From contig JAQUQS010000006.1 of assembly GCA_028715965.1 (NCBI GenBank), forward strand, positions 50,163-114,162: a stretch of DNA of 64,000 nucleotides, written 5' to 3'. Below, in pieces: positions 18,637-26,452 of this stretch. Within the stretch, counting starts at the first letter, position 1; each line of letters starts with the position of its first letter. Source of the stretch: Candidatus Omnitrophota bacterium (GTDB taxonomy: Bacteria; Omnitrophota; Gorgyraeia; Tantalellales; Tantalellaceae). The notes under the pieces are model-generated. The model was not told the origin of the DNA. It ran no database searches and worked only from the letters and a program-made list of their open reading frames with translations. Both the position numbers and the translations under genes were made by a program.

Positions 18637-20523
18637 TTGATGTACGACATTCTAAACAGTATAAGTTCACCACAGGACCTTAAGCGGCTGAAGAGAGAGG
18701 AGCTCAGGGAGCTGTCTTCGGAAATACGCGAGAAGATCCTGGATGTCACGTCAAGAAAAGGTGGACACCTCGCTGCCAGCCTGGGTGCTGTCGAGCTTAC
18801 GGTAGCGTTACATTATTGCCTGGAAAGCCCGAGAGACAAGATAGTGTGGGATGTCGGCCACCAGTGTTACGCGCATAAACTTTTGACCGGACGCAACGAC
18901 AGGTTCGAGACCCTCCGGGAAATGGGCGGGATAAGCGGGTTCCCCAATTCTTTCGAAAGTGAGCATGACCCTTTCATATCCGGGCATAGCGCTACAAGCA
19001 TATCTTCGGCGCTGGGCCTGGCGGTGGCCAGGGACCTGGCGGGCAAAGACCATAAAGTGGTGGCGGTAATAGGGGACGCATCGCTTTCGACCGGACTTGC
19101 CTTTGAGGGGATGAACCAGGCGGGGCATCTTGGTACCAGTATGGTCGTCGTGCTTAACGATAACGAACATTCCATATCAAAGCCAGTGGGAGCCATGAGC
19201 CGATATCTTAACTCCGTGATAACCAACCCTCTTTACAATAAAGTAAAGGAGGAGTCAGAGAAGATTGTTAAGAGTATCCCGAAGCTTGGACCCGTGGCGC
19301 ATAAGACCGTCAAGAAGTTCCAGGAAGGGCTCAAGAACCTTCTTGTCCCCGGGATACTTTTTGAAGAACTCGGTTTCAGGTATTTCGGTCCTATAGATGG
19401 GCACGATATCGATCAGCTCATATCCGTTATGAGAAAGATATTGGTGCTCAAGGAGCCCGTGTTCCTGCATGTAATAACAAAAAAAGGAAAAGGATATGGA
19501 TTCGCGGAAGCCGATCCCGAGAGATTCCATGGCGTAGGCGCGTTCGATCTGGGAACAGGTAATGACGTAAAACGGCCAAATGGCGAGGACCTTTCCTTTA
19601 CCGGGTATTTTTCACGTAAGATGTCCAAACTGGGAGAGAAGAACCCGAGTATCGTCGGGATAACCGCCGCGATGCCCGAAGGTACGGGACTAAAGGCCTT
19701 TGCGAAAGCCTTCCCCGAGAGGTTCTTCGACGTAGGGATAAATGAACCACATGCTGTTACGTTCGCGGCAGGACTGGCTAAAAGTGGGTTCACGCCCATA
19801 GTCGCGATATACTCCACGTTCCTGCAGCGGTCCTATGATCAGATGATACATGACGTGGCGCTCCAGCGCCTGCCGGTCATATTTTGCCTGGACAGGGCCG
19901 GCCTTGTAGGAGAGGACGGCCCGACCCATCATGGCATGTTCGATATCTCGTATTCAAGAATGCTACCGAATTTTGTGGTAATGGCGCCGAAAGACGGCAT
20001 GGAGCTTGAGGAAATGCTTGATAATGCGGTAAAATGGGTCAAGCCGGTACTTATAAGGTATCCGAAGGGAGACGCGACTAGAGTGGTTAGTTCGGCTTCC
20101 TGCAGGCCGATAGAAAAAGGTCTTTCAGAGACTTTGCGCAGGGGCGAGGACCTGACCATTATCGCGTTGGGGAGCATGGTGAACACGTCGCTTAAGGCGG
20201 CGGACATACTTTCCGGGAAGGGGCTGGAAGCAGAGGTCGTCAATGCCAGGTTCGTGAAACCCCTGGACCGCGAGATGCTGGACAGGGTAGCCCGCAAGAA
20301 GAAGAAAATATTCATAGTGGAAGAAGGGATAATAAGCGGCGGATTCGGGAGCGGAGTACTGGAGTTCTATGAACACCAGACCATACAAGGCCTTGGGGTC
20401 AGGTGCCTGGGGTTGCCGGATGAGTTCATTGAACATGGGAACAGGGAAGAGCTTCTCAGGAAATACCATATGACCCCGGATGGTATAGCGGAGATCATAA
20501 TGTCGGAGAAGAAAAAAACATGA
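18637..20523 (+). CDS. dxs: 1-deoxy-D-xylulose-5-phosphate synthase
   Basis: The 628-aa product has the TPP-binding motifs GHLA.SLG..EL..ALH and GDG..TGG.A.E. Confidence 0.93.
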   Translation: MMYDILNSISSPQDLKRLKREELRELSSEIREKILDVTSRKGGHLAASLGAVELTVALHYCLESPRDKIVWDVGHQCYAHKLLTGRNDRFETLREMGGISGFPNSFESEHDPFISGHSATSISSALGLAVARDLAGKDHKVVAVIGDASLSTGLAFEGMNQAGHLGTSMVVVLNDNEHSISKPVGAMSRYLNSVITNPLYNKVKEESEKIVKSIPKLGPVAHKTVKKFQEGLKNLLVPGILFEELGFRYFGPIDGHDIDQLISVMRKILVLKEPVFLHVITKKGKGYGFAEADPERFHGVGAFDLGTGNDVKRPNGEDLSFTGYFSRKMSKLGEKNPSIVGITAAMPEGTGLKAFAKAFPERFFDVGINEPHAVTFAAGLAKSGFTPIVAIYSTFLQRSYDQMIHDVALQRLPVIFCLDRAGLVGEDGPTHHGMFDISYSRMLPNFVVMAPKDGMELEEMLDNAVKWVKPVLIRYPKGDATRVVSSASCRPIEKGLSETLRRGEDLTIIALGSMVNTSLKAADILSGKGLEAEVVNARFVKPLDREMLDRVARKKKKIFIVEEGIISGGFGSGVLEFYEHQTIQGLGVRCLGLPDEFIEHGNREELLRKYHMTPDGIAEIIMSEKKKT

Positions 20524-20759
20524 AGAGACGCGGGCGTGTAAAGATCGATGCCGAGAAATGCAAGGGTTGTGTTCTGTGTGTGGATGTTTGTCCTAACGGG
20601 GTCCTGGCCCTGTCGGACAAGGTGAATAAAAAAGGGATGCAATATGTCGTGGTGGAACATCCTGAAAAATGTACTGGGTGCGGATTATGTGCCATCATGT
20701 GCCCGGATTGCGGTATAGAAATAGAAATAGAAAAAGATAGCGCGAAGAGGGGAAAATGA
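20520..20759 (+). CDS. 2x[4Fe-4S] ferredoxin, delta subunit of 2-oxoacid:ferredoxin oxidoreductase
   Basis: Two CxxCxxCxxxCP motifs (CKGCVLCVDVCP and CTGCGLCAIMCP) are present. The start overlaps the dxs stop. Confidence 0.85.
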   Translation: MKRRGRVKIDAEKCKGCVLCVDVCPNGVLALSDKVNKKGMQYVVVEHPEKCTGCGLCAIMCPDCGIEIEIEKDSAKRGK

Positions 20760-21811
20760 AGTATCTGTCGACGGGTAACGAGGCTTGCGGAGAAGGCGCG
20801 ATAAGGGCCGGGTGCAGGTTTTACGCGGGTTATCCTATAACCCCGCAGAACGAACTTACCGCCTATATGGCCCGCAGGATGGAAGAGACCGACGGTGTTT
20901 TTATACAGGCTGAGAGCGAGCTCGCGGCGATAAATATGGTTTTCGGCGCTTCGGCGGCCGGAGCCCGTGCCATGACGAGTTCTTCCAGCCCCGGAATAAG
21001 CCTTAAACAGGAAGGCATATCGTACATGGCCGGTGCGGAACTACCCGGAGTGATCGTGAACGTGATGAGGGGAGGGCCCGGATTGGGGAACATAGCGGGT
21101 TCGCAAGCGGATTATTTCCAGGCGACCAAAGGCGGAGGACATGGGGATTATAGGATGATAGTACTTGCCCCGTCGACCGGGCAAGAGATGTTCGATCTTA
21201 CATATGAAGCTTTCGCGCTGGCTGACAGATACAATAACCCTGTAATGGTGTTGGCAGATGGCATGCTGGGGCAGATGATGGAACCCATTGAGTTCGACGA
21301 TAATATAAAGCCTTCCGGTATCGTGGAAAAGCCCTGGGCAATGACGGGAGCAAAAGGACGTGCCGCAGGCAGCATCAAAAGCCTCTTGTTAAAGGACGGC
21401 GTACTTGAAGAGCACAACAAAAAGCTTCAGGAGAAATATACCAGCATGGCTAAAGAAGTACGTTGTGAGACCGTTGATACGGATGGAGCAGATGTGATAT
21501 TAGTGGCCTACGGTTCCATGGCCCGGATAGCAAGGGAATGTATGGGGATCCTGGCGGAGCATGGGATAAGAGCGGGGCTAATAAGGCCTGTCACGCTGTG
21601 GCCGTTCCCGTATGATGTCATAAGGGGTATTGCGGCGAAATGTCCGCGGTTCTTCGTTACGGAGATGAGTGCCGGACAGATGGTGGAGGATGTCAGGCTG
21701 GCCGTGCAGGATGACAGCAAGGTGTCGTTCTGCGGGCGTATGGGAGGGGGAGTTCCCTCGGTGGACGAGATCACGGAACAGATAATCGGTTCAGGGAAGA
21801 AAAAGATATAG
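20756..21811 (+). CDS. 2-oxoacid:ferredoxin oxidoreductase, alpha subunit
   Basis: GNEA...GA..AG..FYAGYPITP is the signature of the POR/KOR/VOR alpha N-terminal domain. Confidence 0.88.
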   Translation: MKYLSTGNEACGEGAIRAGCRFYAGYPITPQNELTAYMARRMEETDGVFIQAESELAAINMVFGASAAGARAMTSSSSPGISLKQEGISYMAGAELPGVIVNVMRGGPGLGNIAGSQADYFQATKGGGHGDYRMIVLAPSTGQEMFDLTYEAFALADRYNNPVMVLADGMLGQMMEPIEFDDNIKPSGIVEKPWAMTGAKGRAAGSIKSLLLKDGVLEEHNKKLQEKYTSMAKEVRCETVDTDGADVILVAYGSMARIARECMGILAEHGIRAGLIRPVTLWPFPYDVIRGIAAKCPRFFVTEMSAGQMVEDVRLAVQDDSKVSFCGRMGGGVPSVDEITEQIIGSGKKKI

Positions 21812-21826
21812 AGAACGGAGCATGTC

Positions 21827-22564
21827 ATGACCGAAAAGATAACCAGGCCGGCATCAATGAAAGACGTTGCCATGCATTACTGCCCGGGATGCGGTCACGG
21901 GCTTATACACAGACTTGTTTGTGAGGTCATAGATGAAATAGGTGTGCGGGAAAAAACCATAGCTGTAGCCCCGGTAGGGTGTGCCGTTCTGGCGTACGAT
22001 TACTGGGATTTCGACACTTTGGAGGCCGCGCACGGACGCACCCCGGCGGTAGCTACGGGTATAAAAAGGGTACATCCGGACAAACTGGTCTTCACTTATC
22101 AGGGGGATGGTGACCTTGCCGCTATAGGGACCTCCGAGATCATACACGCGGGCAACAGGGGAGAGGATATTTCAGTTATCTTTGTGAATAACGGGGTTTA
22201 CGGAATGACCGGAGGGCAGATGGCACCGACCACTTTGATAGGGCAGACCACGGCTACGTCCCTATATACCCGACGACCGGAAAAAGAAGGCTATCCGCTT
22301 AAGATAATGGAGATGATGGCGGTGCTCCCGGGGGTAGTATATCTGGAAAGGACTTCGGTGCATTCCCCGAAAGCGGTCCTGGCCACCAAAAGGGCGATAA
22401 GAAAGTCTTTCGAGATACAGCTGGATAGAAAAGGATTTTCGATGGTAGAAGTGTTATCTCCTTGTCCTACGTATTGGGGATTGTCCCCGGTAAAGTCGAT
22501 GGAACGAATAGAAAAAGAGGTCGTCAAGGAATATCCCTTGGGGACGATAAAGGACGTATGTTGA
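21827..22564 (+). CDS. 2-oxoacid:ferredoxin oxidoreductase, beta subunit (TPP-binding)
   Basis: A CPGCGHG motif is present, together with a GDGD..AIG TPP-binding motif. Confidence 0.88.
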   Translation: MTEKITRPASMKDVAMHYCPGCGHGLIHRLVCEVIDEIGVREKTIAVAPVGCAVLAYDYWDFDTLEAAHGRTPAVATGIKRVHPDKLVFTYQGDGDLAAIGTSEIIHAGNRGEDISVIFVNNGVYGMTGGQMAPTTLIGQTTATSLYTRRPEKEGYPLKIMEMMAVLPGVVYLERTSVHSPKAVLATKRAIRKSFEIQLDRKGFSMVEVLSPCPTYWGLSPVKSMERIEKEVVKEYPLGTIKDVC

Positions 22565-23103
22565 ACGAATCGATAATCTGTGCCGGGTTCGGCGGCCAGG
22601 GCATTATGATCATGGGCAAAGTCCTTGCCAGCGCCGGGATGATAAAAGGATTTAATGTTACGTGGATGCCTTCGTATGGCGCCGAGGTCAGGGGCGGGAC
22701 CGCGTATTCAATGGTGAGAATAAGCTCGCACGTGATAGGTAGCCCAATGGTACCTATGGCCTCTACCGTTATAGCCATGAACGAGCCGTCCATGGTGAAA
22801 TTCGAGGAAAAAGTGAAAAAGGACGGGCTGTTCATCCTGAACAGTTCACTCGTGGGCGCAAGTCCTTCCCGCGGGGACATTAAGGTGATAAGAGCTCCGC
22901 TTACGGAAGAAGCGATGAAAATAGGTAATGTGCGCGTCGCTAACATCATAGCGGTGGGTATTTACGCCGCTAAAAGCGGGATATTCGACAGGGCGACGCT
23001 TTCTCAGGTGATAGAGGAGTTCGCCGGCGACAAGAAAAAACTTATACCAATAAACATCAAGGCCCTGGAGAAGGGTATTGAAATAGCCGGAGAGGGGATA
23101 TGA
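22558..23103 (+). CDS. 2-oxoacid:ferredoxin oxidoreductase, gamma subunit
   Basis: The ATG at 22558 overlaps the end of the beta subunit. IICAGFGGQGIMIMGKVLA is the gamma-subunit signature, and the ORF-track start at 22462 is an extension into the beta gene. Confidence 0.82.
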   Translation: MLNESIICAGFGGQGIMIMGKVLASAGMIKGFNVTWMPSYGAEVRGGTAYSMVRISSHVIGSPMVPMASTVIAMNEPSMVKFEEKVKKDGLFILNSSLVGASPSRGDIKVIRAPLTEEAMKIGNVRVANIIAVGIYAAKSGIFDRATLSQVIEEFAGDKKKLIPINIKALEKGIEIAGEGI

Positions 23104-23104
23104 G

Positions 23105-24394
23105 ATGATAAAAGTAAGGTTCGCTCCCAGTCCCACAGGTTTTCTGCATCTGGGTAGCGCGCGCACGGCTCTTTTTAACTGGCTTTACGCCCGCCGTACC
23201 GGGGGGACATATGTCCTGAGGATAGAGGATACGGATAAGGAGAGGTCAAAGGAAGAATTCCTCAACGAGATCCTGGAAGACCTGAAATGGCTGGGGCTGG
23301 ACTGGGACGGAGACCCGGTCTTTCAGAGTGACAGGTTCGACATATACAGGCAAAAAGCGGAAGGCCTTGTGGAGCAAGGTAAGGCATATATGGAAGGCAG
23401 CGCTATCATCTTTCGGGTGGAAAAAGGGCGGGATATAGAGATAGACGATATGATACATGGCAAGATAAAATTCAATACCGACGAGCTGAAGGACCAGGTA
23501 ATGATAAAATCCGACGGATCGCCGGCATATAATTTCTGCTGCGTGGTGGACGACTCCGAAATGGGGATCACCCATATCATACGTGGGGACGACCATATCT
23601 CCAATACGCCAAAACAGATGCTCTTTTATGAAGCGTTCGGCTGTGAGCCCCCCAGGTTCGGGCATATGCCGCTCATGATGGGCACGGATGGAGCCAAGCT
23701 TTCTAAAAGGCATGGCGGCGTATCTGTGGAGGAATACAGGACGGAAGGGTTCCTGCCGCAGGCGCTTATAAACTATCTCATGCTGCTTGGTTGGTCTCCC
23801 GGGGAAGAACGCGAAGTGCTTTCGCTCGGGGAAGCGATAGATATCTTTGATATTTCCGACATGACAGGGGTCCAGGCGAAGTTCGACGTCCAGAAACTGA
23901 GATGGTTGAACGGCGAATATATCATGAAACTTCCCCTTACGGAACTTAGTGGGCTCTTATCCGAGAGGGTAAAAAAGGCCGGGCTGGAGATATCCTCCAT
24001 CGGAGATGAGGGGTTCGCTAAACTGGTTGAGCTTTATCGCATGAGGATAAAGACATTGAGTGAGTTCGTGCCGCTGACAAAGTTCTTTTTCTCGGATGAG
24101 TTTGAGGTCGACGAAAAAGGATGGAAAAAATATCTGGAGGACGAAGGTAACCGTGATAATCTCAGGGAATTCTCCTCGAGGTTGCCCGGGCCAGACCAGT
24201 TCACGCATGATAATATAGAGGCGGTATGCCGGGCAATAGCTGAAGAAAGACAGCTCAAGGCGGCTCAGATAATACATCCTACCAGGATGGCTATAAGCGG
24301 TATTACCCAGGGAGCGGGGCTCTTCGAGATGATGGAGCTTCTTGGAAGGGAAAAGACCGTAGAACGCATGGAGAAAGCCGCCTCGGGACGATAA
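23105..24394 (+). CDS. gltX: glutamyl-tRNA synthetase (compact ~429-aa form)
   Basis: Class I HIGH (HLGSART) and KMSKS (KLSKRHG) motifs are present with the RFAPSPTGFLH N-terminus. GlnRS is encoded nearby, so this enzyme is presumably discriminating. Confidence 0.9.
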   Translation: MIKVRFAPSPTGFLHLGSARTALFNWLYARRTGGTYVLRIEDTDKERSKEEFLNEILEDLKWLGLDWDGDPVFQSDRFDIYRQKAEGLVEQGKAYMEGSAIIFRVEKGRDIEIDDMIHGKIKFNTDELKDQVMIKSDGSPAYNFCCVVDDSEMGITHIIRGDDHISNTPKQMLFYEAFGCEPPRFGHMPLMMGTDGAKLSKRHGGVSVEEYRTEGFLPQALINYLMLLGWSPGEEREVLSLGEAIDIFDISDMTGVQAKFDVQKLRWLNGEYIMKLPLTELSGLLSERVKKAGLEISSIGDEGFAKLVELYRMRIKTLSEFVPLTKFFFSDEFEVDEKGWKKYLEDEGNRDNLREFSSRLPGPDQFTHDNIEAVCRAIAEERQLKAAQIIHPTRMAISGITQGAGLFEMMELLGREKTVERMEKAASGR

Positions 24395-24466
24395 ATAGAA
24401 AAAAGGCTTTAAAAATAAGGGACTTGTAGTATAATAATTTTCCGGAATTCGCACGACAAAAACACC

Positions 24467-24584
24467 GCTGGGATGTAGCCGCATACCAGAGATCCCGCGG
24501 ATCACGGTATACGGCGCGTGTAATTGGTAACAGGACCCCTGTACCGTGATCACGAAGTGATCTCTGGTACAGGGCAGCTGACTC
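24467..24584 (+). pseudogene. degenerate 5' fragment of tRNA-Gln interrupted by two ~40-nt mutually complementary insertions
   Basis: Three segments are identical to the downstream tRNA-Gln: aacaccgctgggatgtag, tgtaattggtaaca and cagctgactc. They are separated by insertions at 24479-24518 and 24533-24574. The first insertion contains accagagatc and gatcacggta, and the second contains their reverse complements taccgtgatc and gatctctggt. There is no anticodon 3' half, T-arm or acceptor 3' strand. Confidence 0.6.
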
Positions 24585-24662
24585 CGTGTATAATAAATGC
24601 ATTTTTTGATAATGTCTCAAGTTGTAAAGCAAAATAAGTAAGTTATACATAAAAAACACCGC

Positions 24663-24737
24663 TGGGATGTAGTGTAATTGGTAACACAGCTGACTCTGGA
24701 TCAGCCGTTCCTGGTTCGAGTCCAGGCATCCCAGCCA
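24663..24737 (+). tRNA. tRNA-Gln (anticodon CTG), CCA encoded
   Basis: Manual fold gives acceptor TGGGATG/CATCCCA (U1:A72), discriminator G73, D-stem GTGT/ACAC, anticodon stem GCTGA/TCAGC with loop CTCTGGA (U33, anticodon CUG, A37), T-arm CCTGG-TTCGAGT-CCAGG and an encoded CCA. Confidence 0.85.
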
Positions 24738-24744
24738 TATATAA

Positions 24745-24770
24745 AAAAACCCTCTTTTGAGGGTTTTTTT
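24745..24770 (+). terminator. rho-independent terminator after tRNA-Gln
   Basis: aaaccctc tttt gagggttt is followed by a T7 run. Confidence 0.7.
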
Positions 24771-25084
24771 ATATGCCCGCGGAAGCGGGGGACGAGGGGT
24801 ATAAGATAAGAAATACCCCGAGTGACTGAGGACGCAATGTCCGAAGAAATGCCGCGAAGTCCCCTGAGCGGCCTGACCAGATAGCTTTTAACCCCTAACT
24901 GTTTACAGAATAAGTAGATGGGAGTACAATAACTGGAGTTGGGATAATAAGAAGTTATGATGTGTTAATGCCGTCCTACAAATGTATTGACAGCTTTACT
25001 GTTATGCTAACAGGAGAATGATATTATAGATTTTTCTGATTGGGGATAAAATGGTTATGAAGAGAAGAATGGTAGGAGGACGAA

Positions 25085-26065
25085 ATGGCTAAGCCTAGGG
25101 TTTTTATAAGTTCAACTTATTATGACATGAGGAATGTTAGGGCGGATTTGGAGAGATTTATTTTAGAACAAGGATATGAGCCCGTTTTGTTCGAGAGAGG
25201 GCATATTGCTTATGGTACGGAAGAGCGGGTGGAAGAAGATTGTTATAGGGAAATTAATACTTGCGACATATTAATAAATATCATTGGTGGTAAAATTGGG
25301 ACGCAGTCAAGAAGCACACAATATTCTATTTCACAAAATGAGCTAAAAGAAGCAATTAAGTTGGGAAAGCAGATATATATATTTGTAGAACGGCCAGTTC
25401 TAGCCGAATATAGTACCTTTATTGCAAATAAGGAAGTAGCGGGTTTCAAGGCAACTGCCGTGAATGATTTAAAGGTATATTCTTTTCTTGAAGAAATATT
25501 CGCACTTTCTGGAAAAAATCCAGTGCAGGGTTTTGAGGTTTCAGAAAACATTACCACTTTTCTCAGGGAACAGTGGGCAGGACTTTTTCAGGTATTACTG
25601 CAGGAACGTGCTAGGCAAAAGGAAGTAAATTTACTAGGCAGAATTGAAACGACTGCAGATACATTAGATAGGTTAGTAAAGTTTTTAACTGAAGAACGAA
25701 GTCAGGGCGACCAGGCCATTAAGGATATTCTTCTAAGCAATCACCCATTGTTCAAGTCTTTAAAGAAGCAACTTAACATTCCATATCGTATCTTTTTTGA
25801 AACACGCGATGAAATGGAAGCTTTGCTTGTAGCCAGAAAAACTAATCTAATTGAAGAGAAAGAGTGGGATGATGCAGAATATATAGAGTATTTGTGTGAA
25901 TGGTGGAAGAATACCACAAAAATTCTAAAGATAAAAGAAGATCTTTTTGACGAAGAAGGAAGGCTAAAAATATTTAAACCAGATGAGTGGGATGAAAGCG
26001 CCGTTATTTTGGAAGAAATAGAAAAAAATAATACTAGTGGAGAAGATTTAGAAGTTCCTTTTTAG
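25085..26065 (+). CDS. hypothetical protein with an N-terminal TIR-like (DUF4062-like) domain, an alpha-helical C-terminal domain, and a C-terminal SSB-tail-like EDLEVPF
   Basis: AGGAGG lies 7 nt upstream of the ATG. The N-terminus RVFISSTYYDMRNVRADLERFI resembles the VFISST..DM..R..L signature of DUF4062/TIR-like domains, and a conserved Glu sits in IYIFVERP. The C-terminal 170 aa are Glu/Lys-rich and helical, and the last residues are EVPF as in the host SSB. Confidence 0.6.
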   Translation: MAKPRVFISSTYYDMRNVRADLERFILEQGYEPVLFERGHIAYGTEERVEEDCYREINTCDILINIIGGKIGTQSRSTQYSISQNELKEAIKLGKQIYIFVERPVLAEYSTFIANKEVAGFKATAVNDLKVYSFLEEIFALSGKNPVQGFEVSENITTFLREQWAGLFQVLLQERARQKEVNLLGRIETTADTLDRLVKFLTEERSQGDQAIKDILLSNHPLFKSLKKQLNIPYRIFFETRDEMEALLVARKTNLIEEKEWDDAEYIEYLCEWWKNTTKILKIKEDLFDEEGRLKIFKPDEWDESAVILEEIEKNNTSGEDLEVPF

Positions 26066-26117
26066 CTATTACTTATGTTTATATGGTGAGCGCTTGGGTA
26101 AATTCCAGTTGGACAAG

Positions 26118-26128
26118 TCCCAGCCATA
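26118..26128 (+). repeat. direct repeat of tRNA-Gln 3' end (att-like right boundary of islet)
   Basis: This is an exact 11-nt match, TCCCAGCCATA, to tRNA-Gln positions 24727-24737. Confidence 0.55.
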
Positions 26129-26132
26129 AAAA

Positions 26133-26158
26133 ATACCCGCCTTTGGCGGGTTTTTTTA
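26133..26158 (+). terminator. rho-independent terminator downstream of islet CDS
   Basis: cccgcc tttg gcggg is followed by a T7 run. Confidence 0.7.
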
Positions 26159-26452
26159 TGGTCAAAGGCCTGTGGCCTTTGTCTGTTCCCGGCTCGGGTT
26201 TCCGGCTGGGAACAAGTTCCCGCCGCTAAACCTCACCGGTTCCAGCTGTGATGCCTGGGATCCTGCGCATCTCGTCAGCTCGGTGCTGGTACGATCAGGG
26301 GACAACTTAAGCTATGGTTGGGGACAGTTTAAGCGGGAGTTTGTACCCGGTACAAGCTTTTGGCGTAGCCAGTACTTATTTACTGAAAAACTCCGCTTCG
26401 TATGATAAAATATCACATCAACAATTGTTATAACAAGTTAGAGGAGAGGGAC

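Larger units (their letters stand above)
24738..26128 (+). mobile_element. small AT-rich genomic islet inserted at the 3' end of tRNA-Gln (integrase-less remnant), bounded by an 11-nt direct repeat of the tRNA 3' end
   Basis: TCCCAGCCATA (tRNA 3' end, 24727-24737) recurs at 26118-26128. Each copy is followed by an A-run and a terminator hairpin of different sequence. The interior is about 38-40% GC against about 50% in the flanks and holds a single CDS, with no integrase in the window. Confidence 0.5.

Noticed and set aside
26161-26452. Possible T-box or leader riboswitch upstream of glnS
   Set aside because: The leader has several hairpins, but I could not find a specifier-loop/T-box consensus (AGGGUGGNACCGCG). 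T-boxes are also mostly confined to Firmicutes and relatives, so it is left as an ordinary structured 5' UTR.
24395-26452. Intact prophage or ICE at the tRNA-Gln islet
   Set aside because: There is no integrase, excisionase or any second gene between the direct repeats, only one CDS. It is treated as a remnant islet rather than a mobile element capable of moving.
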